Of a DNA stretch of 64,000 nucleotides, positions 1 to 14,000 are shown in pieces (positions within the stretch are counted from its first letter, which is position 1; every line of letters begins with the position of its first letter). The notes under the pieces were generated by a model, which was not told where the DNA came from, made no database searches, and saw only the letters and a list, made by a program, of their open reading frames with translations. This DNA comes from Dendrobates tinctorius (lineage: Eukaryota): the NCBI RefSeq assembly GCF_039654945.1, contig NW_027361878.1:31000001-31064000 (forward strand), given 5' to 3'. Both the position numbers and the translations under genes were made by a program.

Positions 1-345
1 ATTCTTTACTGTAAGAGCAGTGAGACTATGGAGCTCTCTGCCATATGTTGTAATGAGTGATTCCCTACTAAAATTTAAGAAGGGACTGGATGCCTTTCTT
101 GAAAAGTATAATATTACAGAGTATATACACTAGTTTCTTTAATATTGCGTTGATCCAGGGAGCTAGTCTGATTGCCGTATGTGGAGTTGGGAAGGAATTT
201 TTTTTCCACAATGTGAAGCTTTCTGTTTGCCACATGGGGGTTTTTGCCTTCCTCTGGATCAACATGTTAGGGCAGGTTAGGACAGGATATGGGTTGAACT
301 AGATGGACTTAAAGTCTCCCTTCAACCTTAATAACTATGTTAGAG
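1..345 (+). mobile_element. 3' end of a CR1-like LINE (truncated)
   Basis: Ends in ggttgaactagatggactt...ttcaaccttaataactatgtta, resembling the CR1 3' terminus; recognised by pattern only, no intact ORF. Confidence 0.5.
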
Positions 346-1499
346 CACACCAAAGACACTCAGCACCTGAGCATGCTCAGATAACACCTTATCACAGCAC
401 GTTCACTCATCACTACTGTCTAGTTTTCCTTCATTGCGCTCCAAGAACTGTCTGAGTAAGTGATGTTATTGTTGTTAATATTATAAATATGCTCAGCAAT
501 TCTTTTTTTTTAATTTTCAGCTAGTACAGCCTATATACACTGCTCAAAAAACTAAAGGGAACACTTAACAATGTAACTCCAAGTCAATCACACTTCTGTG
601 AAATCAACCTGTCCAGTTATGAGCAACACTAATTGTGGATCAATTTCTCCTGCTGCTGCGCAAATGAAACAGATAACAGGTAGAAATGATAGGCAAATAG
701 CAAGACAACCGTATAATGGAGTGGTTCTCCATGTGGTGACCACACACCATCTCTTTGTTCTCATCCTTTGTGGCTGCTGTTTTGATCACTTTTACATTTT
801 GTTATTGCTCTCACCCCTAGAGGTACAGTACAGTAGCATGAGGCGGTGTCTACAACCCACAGAAGTTGATCCGGTAGTGCAGCTCATCCTGGATGGCACA
901 TCAATGCAAGTTGTGGCAAGAATGGTAGTTGTGTCTGTCAGCACAGTGTCCAGAGCATGGACAAATACCAGGAAACGTAGAACGGGGCCGTAGGAGGGCA
1001 TCAACCCCGCAGCAGGACCGCTACCTCCTTTCTGCAACGAGGAAAAAGCAGTGCCAGAGACCTGCAAAATGACCTCCAGCAGGTCACAAACAGACTCCAT
1101 GAGGTTGGTATGAGGGCACGACGTCTACATCTAGGTGTAGTGGTTACAGCCCAACACTGTGCAGGATGCTTGGCATTTGTCACAGAACACCAGGATTGGC
1201 AAATTCGCCACTGGCGCCCTTTGCTCTTCACAGATGAAAGCAGGTTCACACTGAGCACATGTGACAGACGTGACAGAGTCTGGAGATGCATTGGAGAGCG
1301 ATTGCTGCCTGCAACATCCTTCAGCATGACCGGTTTGGCAGTGGGTCAGTAATGGTGTGGGGTGGCATTTCTTTGGAGAGCCGCACAGCCCTCCATGTGC
1401 TCGCCAGAGGTAGCCTGACTGCCATTAGGTACCGAGATGAGATCCTCAGACCCCTTGTGAGACCATATGCTGGTGCGGTTGGCCCTGGGTTCCTCCTAA

Positions 1500-1799
1500 G
1501 GGTATGTGCACACACTGCAGATTCACCTGCGGGTTTTTTCCCACGGAACCGCAGGTAAAGTGACCTGCGGTTTTGCCCTGCGGTTTCACACCTCTACTAT
1601 GTGAAAGGTGTGAAACCACAGCAGAATCCGCAGAAACAATTGACATGCTGCGGAAAAAAAAACGCAGCTTTTCCGCAGGTAAAAAACCTCAGCGTGAGCA
1701 CTGCGGTTTTGAAAACCCATAGGCTAACATGGTACTGTACCATGTCTGCGGAACTGCTGCAGTTCTGCAGGGCCAAAACTGCAGCGTGTGCACATGGCC
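1500..1799. mobile_element. PIF/Harbinger-type MITE inserted in the Tc1 transposase
   Basis: TIRs gggtatgtgcacac / gtgtgcacatggcc, TAA duplicated at 1497-1499 and 1800-1802; removal restores ...FLL-MQDNARPH. Confidence 0.85.
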
Positions 1800-1996
1800 T
1801 AATGCAGGACAATGCCAGACCTCATGTGGCTGGAGTGTGTCAGCAGTTCCTGCAAGATGAAGGCATTGAAGCTATGGACTGGCCTGCCCGTTCCCCAGAC
1901 CTGAATCCGATTGAGCACATCTGGGACAACATGTCTCGCTCCATCCACCAAGGTCACATTGCACCACAGACTGTCCAGGAGTTGGTGGATGCTTTA

Positions 1997-2392
1997 AGGG
2001 CCTGTCACACTAAGAGATATCGCTAGCAATATCGCTATAACTAGTGACGTTATAGCGATATTGCTAGCGATATCGCTGTGTCTGATACTTACCTCCGACC
2101 GGCTCCCCTGCTGGTTATCGCTGATCGCGCGAGAACAGGCTGGACTGTTTCTTGTAGTCAGCTTCCTGCGGCGCTTCCTGCTGTAACGACGAGCGACGCG
2201 TGGAGCCGGGCGGGAGGACGCAGGATCGCCTGGTCTGACAGGTAAGTAGCGACCCCCGTCCCCAGCGATGTCGCTGGTGAGATCTGCCTGTGTGGCAGCT
2301 CACTAGCGACCACTTAGCGATGCACCAGCGATCCTGACCGCGTCATATCGCTGGTCGGGATCGCTGGTACATCGCTAAGTGTGACAGTACCT
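1997..2392. mobile_element. Harbinger-type MITE (atcgct-rich family) in the Tc1 transposase
   Basis: TIRs agggcctgtcacac / gtgtgacagtacct, TTA TSD; removal restores DAL-VQVWE. A related copy in opposite orientation lies at ~61324-61690. Confidence 0.85.
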
Positions 2393-5236
2393 TTAGTCCA
2401 GGTCTGGGAGGAGATCCCTCATGACAACATCCGCCAACTCATCAGGAGCATGCCCAGGCGTTGTACAGTAGGGAGGTCATACAGGCACATGATGGCCACA
2501 CACAATACTGAGCATCATTTCCTTGTCTTGAGGCATTTTCACTGAAGTTGGATCAGCCTGTGGATTTTCCACTTTGATTTTGAGTTATCATTCCAAATCC
2601 AGACCTCCATGGGATATTAATTTTGATTTACATTGATCATTTTTATGATTTATTGTTCTCAACGCATTCCACTATGTAATGAATAAAGATTTGCAACTGG
2701 AATATTTCACTCAGTGATATCTAGGATGTGGTGTTCGTTATATTTTTGGACAGTGTATTTAACTTGTCATTTACTGTATCCAGTGTACCATTTGTCAAGT
2801 TTCACAGTTAATAAAAGAGTTAATATTAAAAATATTAAAATGCTATTACTCTCAAGTTTTGTTGTTTTTTTTTTGCATAGCAGCAAACATTGCAATTACT
2901 GCCAAAACATTTGTGAAATCCCTTTGTCATTAGCCAGGATGCGTTATTGGTGCGTTTTTTATATAAACTTGCAGAGCGCAAATTACGAATAGATTTACCC
3001 ATTTTAGCAACACATCTATTTCCCTTATTGAGAATATCATGTACTGTATAACGTCATCTTGATGTAAATCCGGAGTGTATTTTCTGATATTTCTTATTTT
3101 ATTAAATTGGATACTATAGGGTGTGCTGAAGGTTATAATTTCATCACCATCATTAGGATGTTTTTTTTTTATTTGATTTTACAGGTAACATTTCTTTTCT
3201 CTCTATTCCCAATGATTTTTGATAGGTCATATCAATAATTTCATCTGTACAGCCTTTTCCCCCAAGTCTCATTTTTACGATAGAAGATTCCTTCTGATAA
3301 AGCAGCGTTGTCGGAACTTGGCATTTTTGCCCTGAGAAATTCACCGTAAGGGATAGCCGCAATGTTGAGGCATGGATGGCCACTGTCCGCAAGCATTGTG
3401 GTATTACTACAAACGGTTTTCAGAATAACGAACACATTATTTTTTTTTAGATGTCATAACACTGGTAAGGGCAATATCTAAAAAATATATGCTGTTATTT
3501 GGACCATTGAAAGTTAATTGAAGATTAATATAATTATGATTAAGGTAGTGGATTAAGTCTGGTATGGTGGAGATGTCATTAGACTACACAAGGATATCGT
3601 CTACATATTGACCATGCAAGACTAAATTAGCAAAAAAAAAAGGATTATTGTGAGAAAAAAATGTAATGTGCTTTCCACCAGGCAACAAACAGTATAGCCA
3701 ATGAAGGTAAGAAGCGGCACCCTATTGGGGCATCTTTAATTTGAAGCTCTCTATTGAATATAAAAAATAGGGATTTTTGTGTTCTCACCGTAAAATCCTT
3801 TTCTCCAAGATGCTCATTGGGGGTCACAGACCATGGGTGTTATGCTGTTTGCCACTAGGAGGCTGACACTAAGTTGAGACAAAAAAGAGTTAGCTCCTCC
3901 GCAGTATACACCCACCTGCTGGCTCCCAGTGAACCAGTTTGGTGCAAAAGCAGTAGGAGATAATTAACATCATATCAGAGTACGATCGTTCACATAGTAT
4001 TAGCGAGCACCACATCGAGTGAAGGGGACAAGCAAAAGTCGATAGACCAATCAGGGTGGGTGCTGTGACCTCCAATGAGTGTCTTGGAGAAAAGGATTTT
4101 ACGGTGAGTACACAAAAACACCTATTTCTCCTTCGCCTCATTGGGGAACATAGACCATGGGACGTCCCAAAGCAGTCCATGGATGGGGAACAATATAACA
4201 GAATCCCATATACTGACTGTGTAAAGATGTTCTACCGTCTCTTGCAGAGTACATCTGCGAAGGCCCGTGCTCACGGAAGTCAGAGTGTGACTATTGGTTC
4301 GAAGATGCATACAGGTGGAACTAAATCACAGCCTTGCAGCCCTGTGAACATGTTCTGTCCGCATCCGAAACCGGATGACTCAGAAGGCAGACATCAAACT
4401 ATGTAGAATCTGTCCCAATATGCCCCATTCCCTGCTGGGATGGGCACACTTTTGATGTGGTAAAACTTTGGAATAGCCGAGCAAATTTCCCTAGTTATTG
4501 TGGCCCTGAAGTGGTCTTCAGGAGACAGTCGACCTCAGGACATTCTGAGAGCCGTTGGTGCATGCAGAGCGGGTCTCTCAGACCACGCACTGAAAAACCA
4601 TAAACCCTACTGGGATGGACACGCTTCTGGCATGAATTACTCCTGAGTAGCCGATAGGATTTCCCTAGCTATTGTGGCTCCGAAGTGGCCTACAGGAGGG
4701 AGCCAACTACAGAACGTACGTATTGAGAGCCCTTAGGCATGCAGGGCGTGCATAGGTTTATGCATCCGATGTACGAGTGACGAGCCCAAAAGAGGCAAAG
4801 ATGAATTCCTCGCCAAAATATGAAGATGAAACGGAGGTCTGGTGACCGTTGTGTTCTGGCAGAAAGGTTGAAAAGGAGAACAACCAAAAAAGTTCACCAG
4901 CGTGGAGCTGTCAGTTCCGACAAGAAGGACGGCCTTCTTAGACAGAACTCCCAACTAGGCGTCCTGTGACAACTCAAAAGTCGTCTGATAAAGCGCACCC
5001 AGGCCCAATTTAACATTCTGGGCGTCTAACATACATCTTAGGAGCAATTTTCTGCTGGAATAGAGACAAATAGAGCCAAACTCTGTCCTTTGAAGGAGCG
5101 GAGTTCCAAAAACTAAATTCCAAGACTGTGGGGACAACCTAAAAGGAGGAAAAAAGGACGGGAAAGACACAAGAAGATGTCCGTGATCCCTGCACTGTGC
5201 GCAAGAAAGAGTTCAGGTGCGGTGATGGGTGCAACC

Positions 5237-5522
5237 CAGGCTCGGACTGGCCCACGGGTGAACAGGGGAATCGCCCGGTGGGCCCCTGTGCAAATCTAGG
5301 CCCCCAATGCTTACTGTAATTCTGTAATGCTTACAATTCATTTGATTGTCTCTGTACAGGAAAGACAGCGTCTCATCCATTAACCAAACTACCCAGTTTC
5401 TTATTATATAGATATCTAGGTACATTTGTGAATGAGGGTAATGTAATATTTGTATGCAGGTGACAAGTGGGCCCCCAAAGTCAATGTTACTGGTGGGCCC
5501 TTGGCACCTCAGTCCGACACTG
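5237..5522. mobile_element. hAT-type non-autonomous element inside DIRS
   Basis: Perfect 8-bp TSD gtgcaacc (5229-5236, 5523-5530); imperfect TIRs caggctcggactg / cagtccgacactg. Confidence 0.85.
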
Positions 5523-5571
5523 GTGCAACCTAAGGCCTCGAAGCACCATCATGTGGAGGAAACACCGGAGA

Positions 5572-8016
5572 CAGGGTCGGTTTTAGGCAAAGTGGGGCCC
5601 TAGGCAAAGTTTAAAATGGGTCCCTAAATGCTAACATATTGCACATCACACAGAAGCATTTTGATTGTATTTACATGCGCTGAGTTCTGGCCGCTAAATG
5701 AGTGTGATCGACAATATTGAAGTCATTCAACACTTGTTTCCCGGCCTCTTTCCACCGTCTGAGAAAGAATGATGGGGACAGAACCATCACTAATAGATCA
5801 CTAACAGATCACTATACAGTATCATGTTATCAGCAGCACATCTACAGTTTACATCCCATAGTCCTCCGTATAATATAATGTGCCCCATAGTCCTCCATAT
5901 AGTATAATACATTCCTCATAGTCCTCCATATAATATAATACACTCCCCATAGCCCTCCATATAGTATAATTCACTCCTCATAGTGCTCCATATAGTATAA
6001 TACACTCCTCATAGTGCTCCATATAGTATAATGCACCGCCATAGTCATCCATGTAGTACAATTCACTTCTCATAGTATAATGCACCCCATAGTTCTTCAT
6101 ATAATGTATTCCCCATAGTCATTGATACAGTATAATGCAGCCCACATATAGTATAATGCAGCCACCCCATAGAGCATAATGCAGCCACCTCACAGAGTAT
6201 AATGCAGCCCCGCCATACAATATAATGTAACCCCCCCATAGAATATAATGCAGCCCCCCATACAATATAATGTAACCCCCCATAGAATATAATGCTGCCA
6301 CCCCTTAGAGCATAATGCAGCTACCCCACAGAGTATAATGCAGCCACTCCACAGAATATAATGTAACCCCCCATAGAACATAATGCAGCCCCCCTCATAT
6401 AGTATAATGCAGCCCCTCCATAGAATATATTGCAGCCCCCATAGAATATAATGCAGATCCTTATATAGTATAATGTAGTCCCTCCATAGAATACAATGTA
6501 GCCCTCCTCATACAGTATAATGCAGCCCCCATAGAATATAATGTAGCCCCCTCATAAAGTATAATGAAGCCCCCATACAATATAATCTAGTCCCCCATAG
6601 AATACAATGTAGCCTCCTCATATTGTATAATGTAGCTCCCTCTTAGAGTATGATGCAATCACCCCCCCATAGAATATAATAAATACAGCCCCCATAGATT
6701 ATAATGCAGCCCCAAATAGAATATAATACAGCCCACCTCCCCATAGAATATAATGTAGCCCCCCCATATTATATAACACAGCTTCCCCATAGAATATAAT
6801 GTAAAATATATCCCGCCATGGTGTATAACACAGCCGCATAGTATATAGCCCAGCACCACATCGTATAGAGCCCAGCACCACATGGTATATAGCCCAGCCC
6901 CACATGGTATATAGCACAGGGTATATAGCACAGCCACACATGGTATATAGCCCAGCACAACATGGTATATAGCACAGCCCCACATGGTATATAGCACAGA
7001 GTATATAGCACAGCCACACATGGTATATAGCCCAGCACCACATGGTATATAGCCAAGCACCACATGGTATATAGCACAGTAGCACAGGGTATATAGCACA
7101 GCCACACATGGTATATAGCCCAGCACCACATGGTATATAGCCCTGCACCACATGGTATATAGCACAGTACCACATGGTATATAGCACAGCACCATATGGT
7201 ATACAGCACAGCCCCACATGGTATATAGCCCAGCACCACATGGTATACAGCCCAGCACCATGGTATATTGTCCAGCCACACAAGGTATATAGCCCAGGCC
7301 CAGCCACACATGGTATATAGCACAGCCACATATGGTATACAGCCCAGCACCATGGTATACAGCCCAGCACCATGGGATATTGCCCAGCCACACATGGTAT
7401 ATAGCCCAGTCACACATGGTTTATAGCTCAGCACCATGGTATATAGCCCAGCACCACATGGTATACAGCCCAGCACTATGATATATAGCCCAGCCACACA
7501 TGGTATATAGCTCAGCACCACATGGTATATAGCCCAGCACCAAAGTATATAGCCCAGCACCACATAGTATATAGCCCATGCCACATTGCATATAACTCCC
7601 CCTCCCTCTCGAGAATCACCCCACAGTCCAGCAAACACAACGATCTATTTAAAAAAAAACACTCCTCACCTTCTCCTTGTGCCCACGCTGCTCCCGGCTC
7701 CTGTCTCCTGCTCTGCCTAGCACACAGTGAGAGCGCATTGACATCATCGCGCACCTGCTGTGTCAGAGGCAGAGCGGGGAATGATGGGAGAGGGAGCTGA
7801 CGCTCTCTCCTCCAACATTGCTGTGAACTGTACCGGCGTCTATGACGCTAGTATAGTTCAATGCAGCGGCGGGGGAGTCTGCGCTGAGGGCAGGCGGGCC
7901 CCCCTGCCTCTCGGGGGTCTCATAGCGGCGGCATAATGTGCCGCTAGCTGGGGGCCCCTGGGAGAACGGGGGCCCTAGGCAGCTGCCTGGTCTGCCTGCC
8001 CCTAACGTCGGCCCTG
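5572..8016. mobile_element. hAT-type non-autonomous element carrying minisatellites, inside DIRS
   Basis: TIRs cagggtcgg / tcggccctg with subterminal ggggccctagg; degenerate 8-bp TSD accggaga / gccagaga. Confidence 0.75.
5855..7580. repeat. Two adjacent minisatellite arrays (~25-30 bp units: catagaatataatgcagcccc; agcacagccacacatggtatat)
   Basis: Directly visible tandem repeats; they explain the long Cys/Tyr-rich spurious ORFs at 6659-7638. Confidence 0.9.
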
Positions 8017-11000
8017 GCCAGAGAAAAGCAAAGATAGAGCTCAGGTTACCAGAGATGAACGAGATAAACACCAGACCCGTGTGTTCCGGTGACAATTCAG
8101 AGAATAATGAAACATATCTGATAGACGCCTGAAGATGGTGGCAACGACCAGTAGAAGACTTCATGCACCACGTTCTCGAGGTAAGTGAGTGCAACTAGGA
8201 TTACTGGAGAGAAACAACCCCCTTTTCCTATGTTCTTCTGATGACCGATGGAAATGAAGAAAGACAAAAAACTAAAGGCACGGAATAACCAAGAAATACG
8301 TCTGCCCATTGTAGGATGCAGGGGACTACGTCGCACAAGGCCGTTCCGCTGCAGGTACCTGTCTAAAGCATGTCTTACGCCGTAACTTTGGTGTAATACT
8401 ATGAATTCTGATGGGGAGACCCGGAAGAAGATTATGGAATTGCTGCTGGGTTAACAGGAATGCTCGGATTACTAGAAAACCACCTAAAGACTTGACTCCC
8501 AGGCTGACCTGCGTCTCTGAAGAAAAGAGAGATGGCAAGAGAGACTGTTGCCCCGCCAGGGAGGCTGGTGTCAGCAGTCAGCCACTAGTCATTGGCTAGG
8601 GAGAAAGATTTTTCTTTTCTTGGAGAGAGGAATCTAAATGATCTCTCCTGAGGATTATCAGACCTGCGGGAACAGGCAGCACCGGCGCCCGACAGAGAAG
8701 GATTTCTAGCCCAAACTGCTTGACCAGCTTATAGAAAACGGACCAACTTTGTCATCTTGGCGGTGGGTCAATGAGTCGGAAAGAAGGCTTTGGCCTGGCG
8801 CCTAAATTTTGAAGGACGTAAGGGCAAACAAACAATCCTGTATCCAGAAGACGCCCGGTCTCATGCCCGCTCGATGCGAACAGCTGAAAAGCAGTCTGAG
8901 GGCCCCGACCTAGGCGGCCGTCTATATTGGCGGTACCAGAGGATAACACTAAGAATCACTGAGTGGAAAATGTGAGAGACCTAGGTCCCACAGATCCGAA
9001 ACTTCTATAGGAGGGTCCTTACATTACTGCTTGGGCCTATGGTAAGGAAAAAGGTCAGGGACCCTGTTGGGCGCAGTCCGCTTTCCCATTGTCTGAACCC
9101 TAATGCCCTACTGATGGTGATGGTATGGCTGATAGCGCAACACAGCTAGCCATATTCAAAGAGGGAAGAGCGCTGTTCCGAGGTCTACAGGCCGGAGCCA
9201 CAGTTACTCCATCTGATGGACCGATGGCTGATAATCGATGATCTATCCGGCCAGGATAAAAGGGTTCTAGATGCCAGTCGAAGTGCTGGTGGGCTACGAC
9301 GGGAGCTTCAGCTCAAGGGGGAGGCCTCACTTCTAGAGGCCTTTCACAGTGAGCTATGTGACCCATCGTTTCCTGAGCCAGTTGGCTATAACACGAATCT
9401 CCGGATGAATGATAAACGCCCTTTCAGGGCATAATAGAATGCTGAGCGATCCGGTACAGGACCGGAGTCCTTGTCAACCACCAGTGTCTGGTTGACTTCC
9501 TTAGGAAACAAATTCGGTATCTTCCGGAAAGCAAACCTGTGGAGCGAGAAATCAAACTCACTGGAGTGAAAAAACACTTGCATGATCGGGTAACTACTAC
9601 GAATCCGATATCTAGACACCTGTATGTTTCTCGACAGCTTGCGGCCCCTGCTAGCCGACAGCTCCTGTGTAGGAAAGAATCTTTCTTTGCCAATCTTGCA
9701 AACGCTAGGATCTGCAGAGGCATCCTAGAAGTAAATCTCTTTGGCCAGAGAAGTCATGGATTGCACCAGTAACGAAGCCCACTTAGGGGGCTAGGTATGC
9801 TGGACTCAGTGGTGGCTGAGTCACAGGGTTCATGAGAGGCCTGAACCGAGAGCTTTAACTGAAGTATTATTTTCCATAAACCAGTAACTTAACCACACAG
9901 CCAACAGCTCTACTGCCTAGAGTAACAGTGCGTGCCATCCCTGTGCAGGGTATCATACCATTTCTAGTGTATGTGCTGCCAAGGCAAGCACTCTATCCCA
10001 GAGGGCACTCTCCATTCTGAATGCTTTAGGGATAGGCATGTATGGGTCAGTAACAGAGCCCATGTAGGGAAGGACTAATATATTTATATATATTTATATA
10101 TATATAGGGTGCCGTCCAGGCTTTACCCCAGTGCAGTAGCTCCATGACAGCGGTTCTCCGCTGAGTCAGTACAGTAGCGGTGGAGGGCCCTAGACTGCGT
10201 TGGGGATTTTGCGGAATTAATAATTCTGCGCTCGATGGTAACACAGACTGGCCGATCGCAATAGCCCGCGATGAGGTGCGGCTGCACTCTGGTCAGCAGA
10301 ACAGTCGCTGGATAAGGGAAGGGCAGGGAGGGAGTAAGGAAGACAGCCATCCTTGCCATGGGAAAAAGGCAGAAACTCCTTTACCTAGGTCCTCTGTGCT
10401 GTACTGGATCAGTTGTTGCAGTTTAATAGAGACGACCGTGGCGGGGGAAGAGGATCGCAGTCAGGACGGCAGATGTGGGCGGTCGCGGCCAGCTGTGAAG
10501 ACAACAGCAGCGGCGGCCAGGTTGAGAAGGCAGGGGGAGCTTGAGAGGCAGTCAGGCGCTCAGTAATAAAACCTTGCGGAGTAGACCGGGTGCCTATCCC
10601 CCCGGGGCCCGGTTTCCAGGGCAGGTGCTGCATCCGGAGTCCCCCGACAAGTTCAGAGGCGGCGAGAGTCTCCAGAAATATGGCCGCCAAGAACTTGATG
10701 AGCACTTCTCGTTACAAACGAGAAGCGCAGAATACGAGGTGTGGACTGGCGACGCATGGGGGCGGATCCTGTGAGGATGCGGCCTATAGAGGAAAATGGC
10801 AGCAGACAACTTGATGAGCGCTTCTCATTCCCATTGAGAGGCGCCTACATGGGCGGAGCCGACGAAGGGCGAGCGGAGCAGAGTTTTCCGGAATGCGGCA
10901 TACACTGTTGAAAAGCTGGGGGCTAAATTTTTGGCTTAGGCCGGCGTGCACCCCGAGGTGCATCTGAGGAAATAAATTTTTGCCGTGGAGCCTTTGTAAT

Positions 11001-14000
11001 CCTCTACGATCCCCGCTGGTATCGCGACCTACCAATCGCCGCTACCGGGCCATCCTGCCACAAAATAACCCCCGAATCTTACCAGATCCTGCAGGTGTTA
11101 CCAGAACCGGGGTGTCGGGTCCTATGGAATTCCAGAGCCCGGCGCTGTTGGTAGGGGGAAAGGCATGGGTTTCGGACTCCTTACACAGTCGCCAGTTGCT
11201 GAAGTGAGCTGCGGCATTGCTTGGACGGTGCAGGGCACTCTCTATCCACGATTCCTTTGACAGGGAGGTGGAGAGGAACCGTCCGCCTCCTTGCATCATC
11301 CGCTTTAACAGTGGTGGTGCATTGGGGGCTGATCGGACGCCATAGATGGAGCTTCTGAGGTCAATCCTTTAGGATGGTAACAGGCTGGTTGTTCGGCATA
11401 GGCCTGGCTGTGACAGGGGATATATGAAAGCGACACTCCATGTGTTCGTCCATCTGTTGGTGCGGGGAGATCGGTGCCCTTCGAAGGACCCGTTGCCCTT
11501 GAATCAGCTCAGGCATCCCACGTTGCAGGAAAGGATACGTGGAGGGACACTCGCACGTGCTCGCCTGTTGTTGGTTTTGGGGAAATCGGAGCCTTGAAAG
11601 GTTCCGTTGCCCCTGTCATCCATGTGAAAAAATGAAAAATGGAAAAAAATGGCAAAAAAAGTAAAATAATAAATGGTCTGAAGACCAGACCAGTGTGCCT
11701 CCTACAGACACTAAGCAAGAACTGGTTCACTGGGAGCCAGCAGGAGGGTGTATACTGCGGAGGAGCTAACTCTTTTCTGTCTCAACTTAGTGTCAGCCTC
11801 CTAGTGGCAAGCAGCATGGCACCCATGGTCTGTGTCCCACAATGAGGCGAAGGAGAAAATTACGTTTGAGTAAAAAAAACTATGGATATTAAAATAATCT
11901 CTTTTAATTCTAGAGTAAGCACTGTAACGATCAAGATGAAAACAAATTGCCTGTAGCGCCAGATCGTGTGGAATACATGAATAGAAGTTCACTGTATTAG
12001 AAGAAACTGTAATCATTAGTGATGAGCGAACGTGCTGGGATAAGGTGTTATCTGAGCATGCTCAGGTGCTAACAGTGTCTTTGGCGTGCTCAAATAATCT
12101 GTTTGAGTCCCCCCAGCTGCACGTCTCGCGGCTGTTCGACAGCTACAACACATGCAGGCACCGTCCCGTAAAAAAAACCTGGTGTGCGTAGCACTGAAGG
12201 TGCTGATCAACCCATGTGCTTAAACCTCAGAAATGAATGCCTGAAATAATAGGATGGAGTGGGGGGTGGAAATATGTTTGTGTAATTTGGTCAATCCATG
12301 AAAGATGGTGATGGTAGAATGACCCCCGATGACATTTCTGACTTTCTTAATTACCCCACGATTTTCTCCCTCCTGAATTAGATGCAACAATTTGTCAATA
12401 CAGATATTAGTTGGATGTGAAGGTACTCTTTTGTAAGGCCCCTTTCACACATCATTTTTTTGCCATCAGTCACAATCCGTTGGCTCGACAGATCCATCGC
12501 AGATTGTGAAAAACTGATCCATCGCATCCGTTTTTTCATCCGTCCCTTCCGTTTTTTGACAGATCCATTTTTAAAAACACCCACAGACAGACAGATCTAT
12601 AGATAGATATGGGATAGATAGAATACATAGATATATCTATAGATATATAGTTATATATATTAAAAAAAAAACGGGAAAAAAATGGTGTGGGCTCCCGCGC
12701 AATTTTCAGCGCCAGAGGGGGAAAGCCGACGACCAATATTTGTAGCCTAGGAAGGGGGTAATACCTATGGCCACTTCCCAGGCTATGAATATCAGCCTGC
12801 AGCTGTCTGCATAGACTTTACCGGCTACTAAAATAGGGGGACCCCCCCCAAAAAAAAATGACATGGGGTCCCCCTATATTTTATAGCCAGAATGGCTACA
12901 CAGACAGCTGCAGGCTAATATTCATAGCCTAGGAAGGGGCCATTGATATTGCCCCCCCCTGGCTACAATTACCAGCCCGCAGCTGCCCCAGAAATGGCGC
13001 ATCTATAAGATGTGCCAATTCTGGCACTTATCCCCTACTTTCCCTCTGCCGTGTAGCAGGTGGCATATGAGGTAATAAAGGGTTAATGTCACCTTGCTAT
13101 TGGAAAGTGACATTAAGCCCGGTTAATAATGGAGAGTCGTCAATAAGACGCCTATCCATTATTAATCTTATATTATTAAAGGGTTAAAAAAACACACACA
13201 TAGGAATAAAGTATTTTAATGAAATAAAACACAACACATCACAGATGTGACCTCTCTATAGGTCTCCGATGACACACTGACTGGAGATAACCCTCTGGCA
13301 GTGTGTCATCGGAGATAGGCCTCTCTCTTTAATGCTCTACAGTGAGAAAATTCTCACGATGTAGTGCCACAAAGTGACAGGTGAACTCCAGTGACCTGTC
13401 AGCGGCGGAGTGATACAATGATGGAGACAATCCTCCGCATTGTATCACCGGAGCCCCTGGAGAGCGGTCGCATCAGCTGATGTGACAGCTCTCCATGGGA
13501 CAATCGTATTAATTGGATTATGTCAGACAGAGTGTTGGTTTATTTTAATTTTTTTTACAGGTGAGCGAGGGCTTCAGGGATTAGGTGTAGATGGTAAGTA
13601 TGAACTATATGTGTTTGTTTTTACATTCAACACTTTAGCCGGATGATGGGACTACTACTGTCCAATCATTGGCTAATGTGTCAATCACTGTCACTATAGC
13701 AGCCATAGCCGGATGGGACTGTAGTCCCATAGGACGATGCCTGCATACACACACACAAACAGGCCGCACAAACCCGCAGACCCCCCACACACACACGCAC
13801 ATAGCCCAGCACACGCCATACACGCACACAGGGTTGGAGCATGCTCAGTTTGCTTATTAGGTGTGTCTGGAGTGATGAGGATTACTGGAACTCACCCTAT
13901 GCTTTGACTTTCTTGAGATCTTCTTCACTGTTCTTCTCTCATCTTGATTGTTCCACCCAGTTTTCAAAACTTGAAAGTGAGAGGTAAAAAATGAAGATGT

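Larger units (their letters stand above)
538..2755 (+). mobile_element. Tc1-family DNA transposon, degenerate, interrupted by two MITEs
   Basis: TA|cactgctcaaaaa ... tttttggacagtg|TA termini. Transposase fragments LFTDESRF, SVMVWGGIS and QDNARPH...WPARSPDLNPIEHIW (34 residues between D and E, DD34E). Frameshifts and insertions present. Confidence 0.9.
3765..11859 (-). mobile_element. DIRS-type tyrosine-recombinase retrotransposon, degenerate, with inverted terminal repeats and internal complementary region
   Basis: 3800-3940 is the inverted copy of 11720-11859. ICR at ~4062-4161 has one half complementary to 3765-3830 and the other to 11822-11859. Minus-strand remnants resemble RNase H (LPIRIHS, ~8400) and the YR C-terminus (QGCKAVI...GLRRCTLQ, ~4240-4350). 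Confidence 0.85.

Noticed and set aside
6659-7638. Long Cys/Tyr/Gly-rich ORFs (230-289 aa) resembling keratin-associated or metallothionein proteins
   Set aside because: Open in all three minus frames because they are translations of a ~25-bp minisatellite inside a hAT element.
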